A stretch of DNA of 64,000 nucleotides, from positions 32,001 through 96,000 of the IMG/VR virus record IMGVR_UViG_3300044911_002386; one strand, 5' to 3'. A model generated the notes under the pieces. That model did no database searches. It saw nothing but the letters and a program-made list of their open reading frames with translations, and was not told the origin of the DNA. The DNA is from a virus. The translations under genes and the position numbers were made by a program. Positions 38,512 to 48,167 of the stretch are shown piece after piece; position 1 is the stretch's first letter, and the number at the start of each line of letters is the position of its first letter.

Positions 38512-41409
38512 TTAGTCGCGACCAATGATTGGGTACATGCCGTTGATTTTCTGTTTTTTAATCTCTTTGAATTCGGGATTACGGTACTCTTCCGCCAGCG
38601 TTCCTTGGTTCCCGCGATCTTTATCGCGCATGCTTCCGCCGGCGGACGTAACGATATTAAAGTCAACCATAGCGAAGCCCTCAGACTCCAGCCATTTCTT
38701 TCCCGGAAACGGATACGTCGGTCCGCAAGAAACATTCGTAACCGGTTTCTCGGTCCAACGTTTTGGAATGTCGCCCGTGAGGCGGGCCATCTGCTGCCAG
38801 CGATCTTCGAACAATAAGAAGTCTGGAATTTTGTATTGTTCGTCGGTACGGAACGAGAACTCCATGATGTCCATCGTTCCGGCATTGCCCGGCCGGCCAG
38901 TTTTGTACCAAAGTTGTTCCAGCATTTGATCGTCGATTTGATCAGCAATCTTTGGCAGTTCTTTTTCAATAAGTTGTTTCACCGTATCAAGTGCTGGCAA
39001 TGCTTGATCAGCACAGTCGCCGTCACATGGGGCAACGAAGATCATTCCCTTCGCGGCTTGGCCCGTAAAAATATGGCCATTTTGACTGGCACACAATATG
39101 CTGCCGTCCAAGATCATATTGCCGCCAGCAATAATGTCTCGGTCTGTCATGACTGGGCCGCAAAGCAGCGTGGCACTGCTTCTGAAGGCATTTGCTTTTT
39201 TCGTTTCGTCGTCGGCACCAGCACGGAAGAAGTGGAGGATCTGCCCGTTTTGCCCAACGTAGTTAAACAGGTTATTGGACTTTGTGACGATGTCTGCTTC
39301 GCCGCGGCCGGCGTCAATTGTGATATTGCCCGGTTTAATTTTGCTCCCGCCGCCGCCAGTGCGAAGGTAGATCTTTTCGCCCAGTGCGACGACTTCAGAC
39401 TTCGGCGCCCTAAGCACTATGCCGCCGAAGATAACGTCGTCGCCGCATTCTTCAAATTTGTATACGGGACTTTTTGCACGGCTTTCAATAAGCACGCCGC
39501 CCTCTTTTTGAGACGAGTCGTTGCCGGCGAGCAGCATGAGGTTTTGCTCGCTTTTAATACGCACGTTTTTCTCTGTCGTTGAGATGTCGACATCGTCTAC
39601 TGCTCGCACAATGCAGTCGGCTCCGGACCACAGTTGCGTAGAGCGACCAGACTTGAGCCACACGTCGCCGGGCGCGGACATCGTAAGACAGCCGGCAGAC
39701 ATCTTTATTTCTGCGCCGTAACCATCTGTAATTACAACACTGCCGTCTTCAAGCAACGAGATCGAACTTTCCGACTCGTAAAACTTTTGTGTTTTATAGC
39801 GGTGGTCTACGCGTATTTGCTTGGGTTGCGGCTCCGGCAAATACATTTTTGATTTAAGCGTTGAAAAACTTGGAATCTTGTGGTTATATTGTGCGTGCTT
39901 TAGCTCGCTTTGCTGCCACAGTTTGAAATCTTTCGTGTGCCAGTGGAACGGATGTATTCCAGCGTAATTAAACAAATACCCATGCAAGTCAAGAACAGCA
40001 CTAGCTCGTTGAAGATGGGGGTGATCACCGCTAGTCTTTATGTCGCCTGTTATCTCATGCTCTGGGCCTGCGCCTGTTTTGCCGCATGCCTTATAATTTG
40101 TCTCGGCATCGTCCCCTTTACTATCCTCCGGGCGGCGAAGACGTGTTGGCATAGGAAGCAACATTCGCTTCGCTAACACAATACCTTTTGCCGACGCAAT
40201 GAACCTGCGGCCGTCCATTGCGATATTGTCTTCGTGCAGACCAACACATGGCTTAAGTTCCATCGTGTTCGTGTCTGGATTGCTTCCGCCGCCGCCGGTA
40301 CACGGATTTTCGTAATCTTGGCTTCTTACCGTGGCCTCATATACCTTGCCCGCATCTCCGCCGCCTGTTTTTTCGTACGTCCATACGTTTACGCCTTCAG
40401 GTGGGGCGTGTAAAACATAGCGACCGCCTTGGCCGAGATAGCCGTAAAAATGTTGCGTCCGATGGTATGGCTGCTGGTAAAGATTTTTACTTTCCCAGTG
40501 CGCGAAGTATGGCTTAGCGTTCGGGCAGTGGATGTCTTCGAATTGAAACTCTTTAATGGTCGGCTGCCCTGGCGTAAGTATGCCGACAGCCTCCCACGGA
40601 AAAGCCGTGTAACCTTGAATGTCGTTGTACTCGGCTTGGTCCATGAACGCATCACGCTCATGGCCGGCAGTCCAAAGTTGGAATTGCGTGCCAGCAACAC
40701 GTAGCAAACTGTCATGATAAAAACTGAACACGCCGCAAAACTCATTCACCGATAACTGTGCCATAAAGTCATCGACAGTAACTGCAACACCTGTTGTGCT
40801 CACCGCACCCCACTCGCCTCCAAGCGTGGCGTCAAAAGGTTTCAGTGCACTGTAGTTAGCTAAGTTGCTGCTATTCGGCTGCTTGATGTGGACTTTGTGG
40901 GCTTCGTCTACGCGCTTTCTGGACGCTTGCGTAATGTAAGGATTAACAGCGCGTTTGCCGGTATCGTACGGGTCGGGAATAGCGCCGATGATGTAATACT
41001 TGTTTATCTTGTCGTGCCACATCACCATGACACATGTGCCAAGGCAATAGTGCTGCAGTTCTGTTGGGCCAAAGAAGCCCTGCGTTGTACCGCAAACGGC
41101 GGTCGCTAGAATCGGGCATATTGCTTTTTCAAGATGCACGCGATACGAATTTACAATTGGCGTGCCGTCAAGAATCCAGCCAATTAAAATACGCCCGCCT
41201 TCTTGCAGGCCGTTTTCGTAACTGCTAAGTTTTTGAAACGGGTCGGCTACGGAGTCAGTCTGCGCTCCGTACGCGGCGTTAGCGCCCTTAGCGGCGTACT
41301 GCGTATTGTTCTGAAGAATACGCGTGTGAATCGTGTTGTCGGTAAACTGGGCTGCCGGCGAAATGGGTCTAATACCCACTGGCGTAGGCTGATCACTCAT
41401 GTTGTCCAC
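38512..41409 (-). CDS. baseplate central spike (gp5/VgrG-like)
   Basis: N-terminal OB-like region (VMVMW...YYIIGAI) and beta-helix repeats SISLLEDGSVVITDGYGAEIKMSAGCLTMSAPGDVWLKSG. Confidence 0.7.
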   Translation of the reverse strand: MDNMSDQPTPVGIRPISPAAQFTDNTIHTRILQNNTQYAAKGANAAYGAQTDSVADPFQKLSSYENGLQEGGRILIGWILDGTPIVNSYRVHLEKAICPILATAVCGTTQGFFGPTELQHYCLGTCVMVMWHDKINKYYIIGAIPDPYDTGKRAVNPYITQASRKRVDEAHKVHIKQPNSSNLANYSALKPFDATLGGEWGAVSTTGVAVTVDDFMAQLSVNEFCGVFSFYHDSLLRVAGTQFQLWTAGHERDAFMDQAEYNDIQGYTAFPWEAVGILTPGQPTIKEFQFEDIHCPNAKPYFAHWESKNLYQQPYHRTQHFYGYLGQGGRYVLHAPPEGVNVWTYEKTGGGDAGKVYEATVRSQDYENPCTGGGGSNPDTNTMELKPCVGLHEDNIAMDGRRFIASAKGIVLAKRMLLPMPTRLRRPEDSKGDDAETNYKACGKTGAGPEHEITGDIKTSGDHPHLQRASAVLDLHGYLFNYAGIHPFHWHTKDFKLWQQSELKHAQYNHKIPSFSTLKSKMYLPEPQPKQIRVDHRYKTQKFYESESSISLLEDGSVVITDGYGAEIKMSAGCLTMSAPGDVWLKSGRSTQLWSGADCIVRAVDDVDISTTEKNVRIKSEQNLMLLAGNDSSQKEGGVLIESRAKSPVYKFEECGDDVIFGGIVLRAPKSEVVALGEKIYLRTGGGGSKIKPGNITIDAGRGEADIVTKSNNLFNYVGQNGQILHFFRAGADDETKKANAFRSSATLLCGPVMTDRDIIAGGNMILDGSILCASQNGHIFTGQAAKGMIFVAPCDGDCADQALPALDTVKQLIEKELPKIADQIDDQMLEQLWYKTGRPGNAGTMDIMEFSFRTDEQYKIPDFLLFEDRWQQMARLTGDIPKRWTEKPVTNVSCGPTYPFPGKKWLESEGFAMVDFNIVTSAGGSMRDKDRGNQGTLAEEYRNPEFKEIKKQKINGMYPIIGRD

Positions 41410-41459
41410 CTTTCGGTGTGGTTACGGGCCTAAGCCCCAGGCGTTGCCGCCTATACCAT

Positions 41460-41492
41460 AAACGGCGGCTGCGTAAAACGCAACCGCCGTTT
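41460..41492 (-). terminator. probable intrinsic terminator after the tail tube gene
   Basis: Inverted repeat AAACGGCGG.TGCGT / ACGCA.CCGCCGTTT. Confidence 0.65.
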
Positions 41493-41520
41493 TCTGGTTA
41501 TACGCTGTCTAATCTACTGC

Positions 41521-42027
41521 TTACGCCTTCTCGTAACCGAGATCCGTAAACATGAAACCGAGCGATTCGTTAATTACAACATCGTTCGCCGAAACCGACG
41601 CACCGACAGAGTTCAAAGTCGCACTAATGAGCGTGTACTTCACGCCACCAGCCTCGCCGCAGCTCTCGCCTTTGCAAGAAGCCTGCGCCGCGTTTAAATA
41701 AAGGTTCTTCGGATTGCAGATGTTGCCAAACTTTGTAGCCAAGTCGCGGAATGTGTCAGAGCCGGAAACGACGCGGTTAAACGTCGCGTTACCCTGCCGA
41801 CGACCGCCAACGTAGTACACAAGCGACGAGCCAATCTCGTACAGCATGTTTACATTACGTTGAATTTGAAACTGCACTTGTTGCACTAAAGCTCCGCCGT
41901 TTGCACCGCCGTTGCCCGCGCCGCCAGAATCCTGCGACCACGTGAGCTTAACGTTATCGGCTAAAAACGAACCGCCGTGCGTCTGGTCTTCACCGCATGT
42001 GTTTGCGAAAACACTTGTTTTTGCCAT
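41521..42027 (-). CDS. tail tube protein
   Basis: Follows the sheath; QRNVNMLYEIGS..VYYVGGRRQG motif. Confidence 0.85.
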   Translation of the reverse strand: MAKTSVFANTCGEDQTHGGSFLADNVKLTWSQDSGGAGNGGANGGALVQQVQFQIQRNVNMLYEIGSSLVYYVGGRRQGNATFNRVVSGSDTFRDLATKFGNICNPKNLYLNAAQASCKGESCGEAGGVKYTLISATLNSVGASVSANDVVINESLGFMFTDLGYEKA

Positions 42028-42046
42028 ACCTTAACTCCTTGTGTAA

Positions 42047-45000
42047 TTAGACCACTAAGTGTAACTCGATGTTATTGAGCGGCGCCGGAACCGTGAGGTC
42101 GAGGATCACCTCGATCCGATCCTTTAACAGCGGATGGATACGCAGCACGCGGATGCTTCCATCAATGAGCTGCGAACCGACCTCCGCCGTTGTGCCGTTC
42201 GTAGCCAACGCAGAAATTGTCTCTGTCATCCGGTTACGCAACAGCGTTACCATCGACGGAGTCGCGTTAGTGCGGCCGATGTACGGACGCAGCCGACGCA
42301 GGAACAGATAAGACATCGAGTCAACATTGCGCCGAATCATTTCTTCACGACGGTTCAAGTCGAGATTGTCCGTGGTCAGAGCGTGCCGCGAGTGCGGCGT
42401 ACCGTCACGGTCTTCGGTCACAATCCACACGCCAGCTTCCGCAAGCCTGTTTAACTGTGTTTCGTTGAAGTACTTGTACGACCGAGTGAAATCGTCGAAC
42501 CCAGCTACTTCAACATTTGTTAAACCTTGCTGCGGCACTACGCCACTCGCGAGGCCAGCGATGGCCGCAGCGAGATAGTAGCCCGGCTGCAGGACGCCAG
42601 CCTCGCCGACCTGATCGGGCCATACGGCCACGACACGTCGGCTGCTGAGGGCACCGGCCTGCTGTGCAATGTCGTCAGCGATCTCATTCCGGTTGTTGTT
42701 GTGGTAGATCTCAACACGCTGCGCTGCGTTAACGGGAGCGTCAGCGCCCGAGTAAAGCCGCAGTGTGTTTTCAGAGAGAACCTCGTCAACAACAAATTCT
42801 TCGTACTGCTCTTCAGAAAATCCGTCTACGGTAAACAGGTAGCGAACAACGTCGCCGGGGCGAACATTGTTAGTGATAAAGTAACCAGAACCTGTCGGAA
42901 CACGCAGTCGTGTGTACTGCATATTTGTCGCGTTCGGATCATCTTCAAGCACCGCAAGCACGGGGTCAGCAATTACATTGCCAGAGACACCGGCGATAGC
43001 AGCGCCTTCACCGACAACCAGTACGGTCGGGCGAGACTTGAGGGCTACGACCGCGGCCTTCCAGTTATTAGCAAATTCATTGGACTCCGAAACGGTTTGA
43101 GCCGCCCAGAGGTTGTGCACGAGTGTGTTAAACGTCAGCGGAACAAGGTTGTAGAGATCATCGCGACCCTTGAGTCGTTCTAACACCTCAACCCAGCTAT
43201 CCAGATTTTCAGGGTTACGTACAGCGGTGTACTTCACAGCCGTGCCGTTCGAGTTCGACAGCGCTTTGTACACGCCCCACTTGAGCGGATTGTCCGGATC
43301 AAGTTGTCCCTTGATTTGATCAAGGTCGCCAGGGTTGTTGATAGCGTTAACTTCGTCGGCAAGATCAGCAAGCCATTCGCGGTACTGAACGTACATTGTG
43401 CCAGAGTACACAGGCAGCGGCTGTTCGGCGCCGGCAGCCGTCCACTCGGGGTGGTACGCTGTTACGCCTTCTTTGACGCAGATCTGTGTGGCTTCGGTTT
43501 CGTAATTTACGTCCGGAGCCGCCTCTACCCTGTTTTCGGCAACCTGGATGTTGTCTTTGATGAACAACTTCAGGTCGAGTTCCGTGGCTGAAGCCATCAG
43601 TGCCGGCAGGTCGTCGCGCAGGATTAAACGACGGACCGGACCAGCCTGGGACGATGTAACCGGAATGTACCACTTGTCGCCCTTACGAAGGCCGATGATG
43701 GTATCTGCGCCGGTTAATGTCGCTGTGGCTGTGGCTGTCGCATTTCCAGCACCAGCCGGAGGCGCAGAAATTGTGATCGTCGGGGCTGATGTATAACCAG
43801 CTCCGCGATTTGTCACAGTAATACTGACTACATTATCGCTGTCAGCACCGGTTCCCAGCACCGCTGTGCCGGTCGCGGTAACGCCGCCAGCCGGAGCCGC
43901 AGAGAATGTAACGGTAGGTGCGGAGGTGTAACCAACACCGGGCGAAGTAACGGTTATGATGGGATTAACAGACGTGGCTAAAGCACCGCCGGTATCGCCA
44001 ACGAATTTGACCCGCACACCGCTAGAACCCACCGACACGCCAGTCGCATAAGTGCTAGAAGTTACAGACGTCGGGCCAGAATAATCTAAGCCCTTCGCTG
44101 TCCGCACAGAGATCTCAGGCTGCGTGGCCCACGTGCCGCCCTTCGTGCACTCAATGATATAAGTGTCATTTTTGGCGCCAGTATACTGTCCATAAATCTT
44201 TCCAGCCGAAACAGTGTTCGGCGACGTGGCAACGATTGCAGCCTCTACGTTATCGTAAGCCTGCCCGACAAGCACACGCCACTTTTGGCCGACCACAAAA
44301 CTTGTTGCCGGGATGCCGTTCGTTGTAGCAGTGGCGGCACAGGGGCCGGCACTGGCGTTGCTGAACACCAATTTTAAGCCACGCGTGCCGACTGCAACCT
44401 CATCACCAAAATCGCCCGGGTCGAGTTCCGCTACGTTGTCGCGACCGCTGGCACTTGTGACGCGCAGCCGAGCAGCCTGACATGTCGCAACAGAACTTTT
44501 AATAACTTCGACTAAATACTCTTCTACAACGTCACCGCTGGCTAAACCGTTATAACCGTTATAGCCCACAGCAGCCGACTCGGCGACAGTAACACAGTTA
44601 ACGAGCGTGCTACCGTGTACGACGCTGATGTTAGCGGCAGCCGCGGCACCGGAAACAGGATCTTGGTTATCGTCATCGGCATAAGCCGCTTCAATTACAG
44701 AGTTCGTGGCTTCACTTGCAAAACCGGCGACCGTTGTCGTCAGTTCAGTCTCGACGCATGAATCTGCTGTGTCCGTGACCGATCGCAGATAAACAACGTC
44801 GCCGAGTTGCACGTCGCGGTCATTAAATACGTCGCTGCGTGTCTCGCCGCCGTTGGTCTTGAACTTGAGAACGTTCGACTGAATCCAGTTAGTCTTGCCG
44901 GCAACTGGCGTAACGTTGTGGTTCGCAGGATCGCCGACATTATGCGAGTAATAAAGTAACAGAGCGTCGTCGATGTAGAGTTTTGTGTAACTCGGATCGA

Positions 45001-45217
45001 CAAGGCTGCCGGGCTCGCGGCCAGGCCACGAATAGCAAGTGTCGTCTAACCGATTATAAAGTCCAAGGCGAGTATCGTTTTTCTCAGCCAGAACGTTATA
45101 TCGGTGGAGCATCGCATGCGGACCAGCAATGTGGGCACGCAGCGGCTCAGTGATCTCCGTGGGGACGATCGAGAACTCTTGGAAAACAAGAACTTGTGGT
45201 TTTACGTAGCTCGACAT
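42047..45217 (-). CDS. tail sheath protein
   Basis: 1056 aa; conserved C-terminus QLNRLAEAGVWIV...RHALTT...E..IRRNVD...IEVILDLTVPAPLNNIELHLVV. Confidence 0.9.
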   Translation of the reverse strand: MSSYVKPQVLVFQEFSIVPTEITEPLRAHIAGPHAMLHRYNVLAEKNDTRLGLYNRLDDTCYSWPGREPGSLVDPSYTKLYIDDALLLYYSHNVGDPANHNVTPVAGKTNWIQSNVLKFKTNGGETRSDVFNDRDVQLGDVVYLRSVTDTADSCVETELTTTVAGFASEATNSVIEAAYADDDNQDPVSGAAAAANISVVHGSTLVNCVTVAESAAVGYNGYNGLASGDVVEEYLVEVIKSSVATCQAARLRVTSASGRDNVAELDPGDFGDEVAVGTRGLKLVFSNASAGPCAATATTNGIPATSFVVGQKWRVLVGQAYDNVEAAIVATSPNTVSAGKIYGQYTGAKNDTYIIECTKGGTWATQPEISVRTAKGLDYSGPTSVTSSTYATGVSVGSSGVRVKFVGDTGGALATSVNPIITVTSPGVGYTSAPTVTFSAAPAGGVTATGTAVLGTGADSDNVVSITVTNRGAGYTSAPTITISAPPAGAGNATATATATLTGADTIIGLRKGDKWYIPVTSSQAGPVRRLILRDDLPALMASATELDLKLFIKDNIQVAENRVEAAPDVNYETEATQICVKEGVTAYHPEWTAAGAEQPLPVYSGTMYVQYREWLADLADEVNAINNPGDLDQIKGQLDPDNPLKWGVYKALSNSNGTAVKYTAVRNPENLDSWVEVLERLKGRDDLYNLVPLTFNTLVHNLWAAQTVSESNEFANNWKAAVVALKSRPTVLVVGEGAAIAGVSGNVIADPVLAVLEDDPNATNMQYTRLRVPTGSGYFITNNVRPGDVVRYLFTVDGFSEEQYEEFVVDEVLSENTLRLYSGADAPVNAAQRVEIYHNNNRNEIADDIAQQAGALSSRRVVAVWPDQVGEAGVLQPGYYLAAAIAGLASGVVPQQGLTNVEVAGFDDFTRSYKYFNETQLNRLAEAGVWIVTEDRDGTPHSRHALTTDNLDLNRREEMIRRNVDSMSYLFLRRLRPYIGRTNATPSMVTLLRNRMTETISALATNGTTAEVGSQLIDGSIRVLRIHPLLKDRIEVILDLTVPAPLNNIELHLVV

Positions 45218-45312
45218 GCTTCAGGCCTCCATGCCTAAAATTTGTGTGCGGTTCAGCGCGTAACGAGTAGTATACACAACCACTCTAGCAACAAAAAACA
45301 CTTCTCCGCGAT

Positions 45313-46053
45313 TTAATAGGTCAGTAAATCCGATGCCTTGAAGACAATCCGCTTTAGGCGCGGCGCATACGGCTGGAGCGTCCAAGCCTCCTCGGCCATG
45401 TATGCTACGTTAACAGGTACGGCATAACCCTGTATAACTTCTTGGATTTCTCCTATACCGCCGACATCGCTTACAAAGAATCGGTGAAGATCCATTTGCT
45501 CGCGGATCATCGGCGAAAACTTGATTAAAAACTTAACTACTTCAGTGGCTAAAAATTCTGTTTCGGCGCCGTTCTGGGACAGGCAGAACAATGTGTGGCT
45601 GCCGTCCCATAAACCCGCATACGACGTGCTTCCAGTATAAGCATTGGTACTTGTAATGTCACCAATACCTTGTTTTTGCCACTTCCACCCGTTTCGTTTA
45701 ATAAGTATTGCGGGTCGTTTGTCTATTTGATTCGGCACCCAGCGTGTAATGCTCTCAATAAGGATAGGGCCGTATACCTTTTCGTACGTATCGTTTTCGG
45801 CCGGTTTCCAATCATTTAATTCTTGCAGTTGCTGCCGGAGTTTCGGGTCGTCGATATTGTCGGTGTCTGCGAAATGCCCGATAAGCAGTTGTCGAAGAAA
45901 ACCGGTCATAACGTGGGGGCGCATGCCGTACGAGCACAAGGCACTCACTTTCGGCAGGCGGTTTTCGGTCTCGCTGCCTTCCGGAAACAGGTCTTCAACT
46001 TCCGGCGGGTTTTGGTTTTGCGGGCAGTCGCTCACGGGCTTCTCTCTTTTCAA
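45313..46053 (-). CDS. tail completion/terminator-like protein
   Basis: Between the neck gene and the sheath; DKRPAILIKR motif. Confidence 0.6.
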   Translation of the reverse strand: MKREKPVSDCPQNQNPPEVEDLFPEGSETENRLPKVSALCSYGMRPHVMTGFLRQLLIGHFADTDNIDDPKLRQQLQELNDWKPAENDTYEKVYGPILIESITRWVPNQIDKRPAILIKRNGWKWQKQGIGDITSTNAYTGSTSYAGLWDGSHTLFCLSQNGAETEFLATEVVKFLIKFSPMIREQMDLHRFFVSDVGGIGEIQEVIQGYAVPVNVAYMAEEAWTLQPYAPRLKRIVFKASDLLTY

Positions 46054-46134
46054 TAAGTTGTAACCGCGGCCAGAGTTGCAGTTTTTTATCGTTAAACACT
46101 ATCGGCGACGTGAGTTTAATCTTATCAAGAAACA

Positions 46135-47376
46135 TTAGATATCCCAGAATCCGTTCGTACGGTCTTTGCTGTTATTTAATGGTTTAATGTTAGGGCGTGG
46201 TGACGGTGCGGCTGCGGGCGCCATTTGCGGTAACGCTGGCACGGTCACTTCTATGTACGCTACATCCGGCCCATACTCGCCTAACTTCTCAAATAAGATA
46301 GCGTACTCGCCTGGGTCTAGTTTTAAAGACTCAGTCCATCGGCCATTTGCTCGAGTAGTTGTGCCCGCTACTGCCAAGTTTCGCGGAGTGTCTGTTTCTG
46401 CATCGTCAAACACGGCACGCGTAAACACGTACACAGAGGCACCAATTATCGGGCACCCGTCGATGCTTGCGGTGTATATTAAATTTTCTTGTCCGCCGTA
46501 ATTGTGGTCGATAGCGATGGCACCACAACCTTTCACAGGTAGCGTCGGGCCGGGTCGTGATTCAGGCTCGCCGCCGACCTCTAAACTGTACACCGAGTTA
46601 TTAAAAGGCACTAAACCCATTTTGACAGAATAAACAATTGGAACTCCGCGAATGCTCGCCGCCACCTGTATTGTCTCTACCCGCCAGCGCTCGTCACTAG
46701 CACCGTTTACCCATATATCGTTTTTATTGAGTGCCGGAAAACCAATTACACGGGCAGTGACATACGCGTTCTCTCGCGTCGAGCCCTTTACTTCATTGTT
46801 TACGTCTTCTTGAATAATTTCGGGTGATAGATCCCAGCACTGTAGGCCAAGCGGTGGATGGAACCCAATTTCAAACCCTGTGCCGCTACAGATGTCACAG
46901 TTGGCGTCTGTAATTTCTTGGGTCAACTGATCACGGCAACGTTTGCACGGCTTTCCGTAGCGATAAGGTTTAATTAGGTAGCCCGGAACAGATACAAGCC
47001 TGTTACGCAGTTGCTCTTTACGCATGATCTCACGTGCAAGGAGCCAGTCTTTTTCTGTCAGGTCGCCGTAGCAGTTGGCCGCCTGCGAAACGTATACGCC
47101 GACAGAAGTTGTTAATTTAACTCGGTAATGCGACAGAATATCGTACCCGCCCTCGCGCCACGCGGCATCTGCTGCCGTGTATGTATTGACGACAGGATTG
47201 CCGATATCTTTCCAATCAGGTGTGTCGCGAAGACCGGTGTGGCCGAACTGAAGTTGAAACGTATACGGGCCGGGGTCATTAAATAACGGCTCTAATTGCC
47301 ACCACACACGCGTTACGCCGCGAACCATGTGGTCGACTGAGATTCGGCGGAACGGGAAGACGCGCTGTTGGGTCAT
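46135..47376 (-). CDS. head closure/neck protein with Zn finger
   Basis: GKPCKRC...NCDICSGTGF; start probably MTQQR. Confidence 0.6.
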   Translation of the reverse strand: MTQQRVFPFRRISVDHMVRGVTRVWWQLEPLFNDPGPYTFQLQFGHTGLRDTPDWKDIGNPVVNTYTAADAAWREGGYDILSHYRVKLTTSVGVYVSQAANCYGDLTEKDWLLAREIMRKEQLRNRLVSVPGYLIKPYRYGKPCKRCRDQLTQEITDANCDICSGTGFEIGFHPPLGLQCWDLSPEIIQEDVNNEVKGSTRENAYVTARVIGFPALNKNDIWVNGASDERWRVETIQVAASIRGVPIVYSVKMGLVPFNNSVYSLEVGGEPESRPGPTLPVKGCGAIAIDHNYGGQENLIYTASIDGCPIIGASVYVFTRAVFDDAETDTPRNLAVAGTTTRANGRWTESLKLDPGEYAILFEKLGEYGPDVAYIEVTVPALPQMAPAAAPSPRPNIKPLNNSKDRTNGFWDI

Positions 47377-47467
47377 TTGATAACCTGTGCGGAATGACAT
47401 AACTTTTTTGATGCGTTCCGCACCAAACGTCCAGCCATTCTACATTTTACACATACCGCTGATATCT

Positions 47468-47513
47468 AAAAAAATGGGGCTAGGCGGTACTATGATCCGT
47501 CCAGCCCCATTTT
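47468..47513 (-). terminator. intrinsic terminator
   Basis: AAAATGGGGCT / AGCCCCATTTT stem with an A-run on plus (U-tract on minus). Confidence 0.75.
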
Positions 47514-48167
47514 CCCTACGCTTTTCACTTGGGACGCATCCCAAGGCTACCGATTACTCGGCAGCGGCGGCCCACCGACTTTCGTCTTCCCGGTCGTGAC
47601 GGTAACACTTATATGACGCTGAGTGCCAGACGCGTGTGGCAGCCGACGTTATTATTTTAAAACAGCGTCTAAGTGGCTTGGTGGGAGGAGCATGTTATGT
47701 GGCCGTCAAGGGCCACACAACGTGACGCAATTGAGTGTGCACGCGGCACGCGGGTATACAGCATTTGCAATTGTCTTGACCTGCATGCAATGCCTAGTCC
47801 CCGCCACAAATGTGATGTGAGCGTTGAGAGCGGGCGGCGTTTCGAATTAATTACAACGGTAGTACTCCCGTTCTTTTTTCGACGTCCCGACCGACTCAAG
47901 CCGACATCTAAGGGTTTATTTGTGATTTACCCCCGAAATTGTTAACCCGACAAGGCGTTAACTTTTTTCTCCGGGCTGTATTCGGACAGCCTGTTTTTTC
48001 CGTTCGCAACCGCACGAATGCGGTCACTTACCGCGTGTTGCGAATACCCGCAGCTGCCGACGGAAAAAGCAGCAGCCCGGGTTTTTAAAAAGGAACTGTA
48101 TCAGGGCCAGGTCATGAGGCACCTCCTTTCAGTACCGCGTGCCGGGAATGGTGCCCGTGCATCACGT

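Noticed and set aside
24300-47400. Bacterial contractile injection system (eCIS/T6SS/tailocin) rather than phage
   Set aside because: Contiguous with capsid, protease and scaffold genes plus typical phage accessory genes.
47669-47945. Short ORFs in the 47.5-48.1 kb gap
   Set aside because: No RBS, no motifs, and mutually overlapping on both strands.
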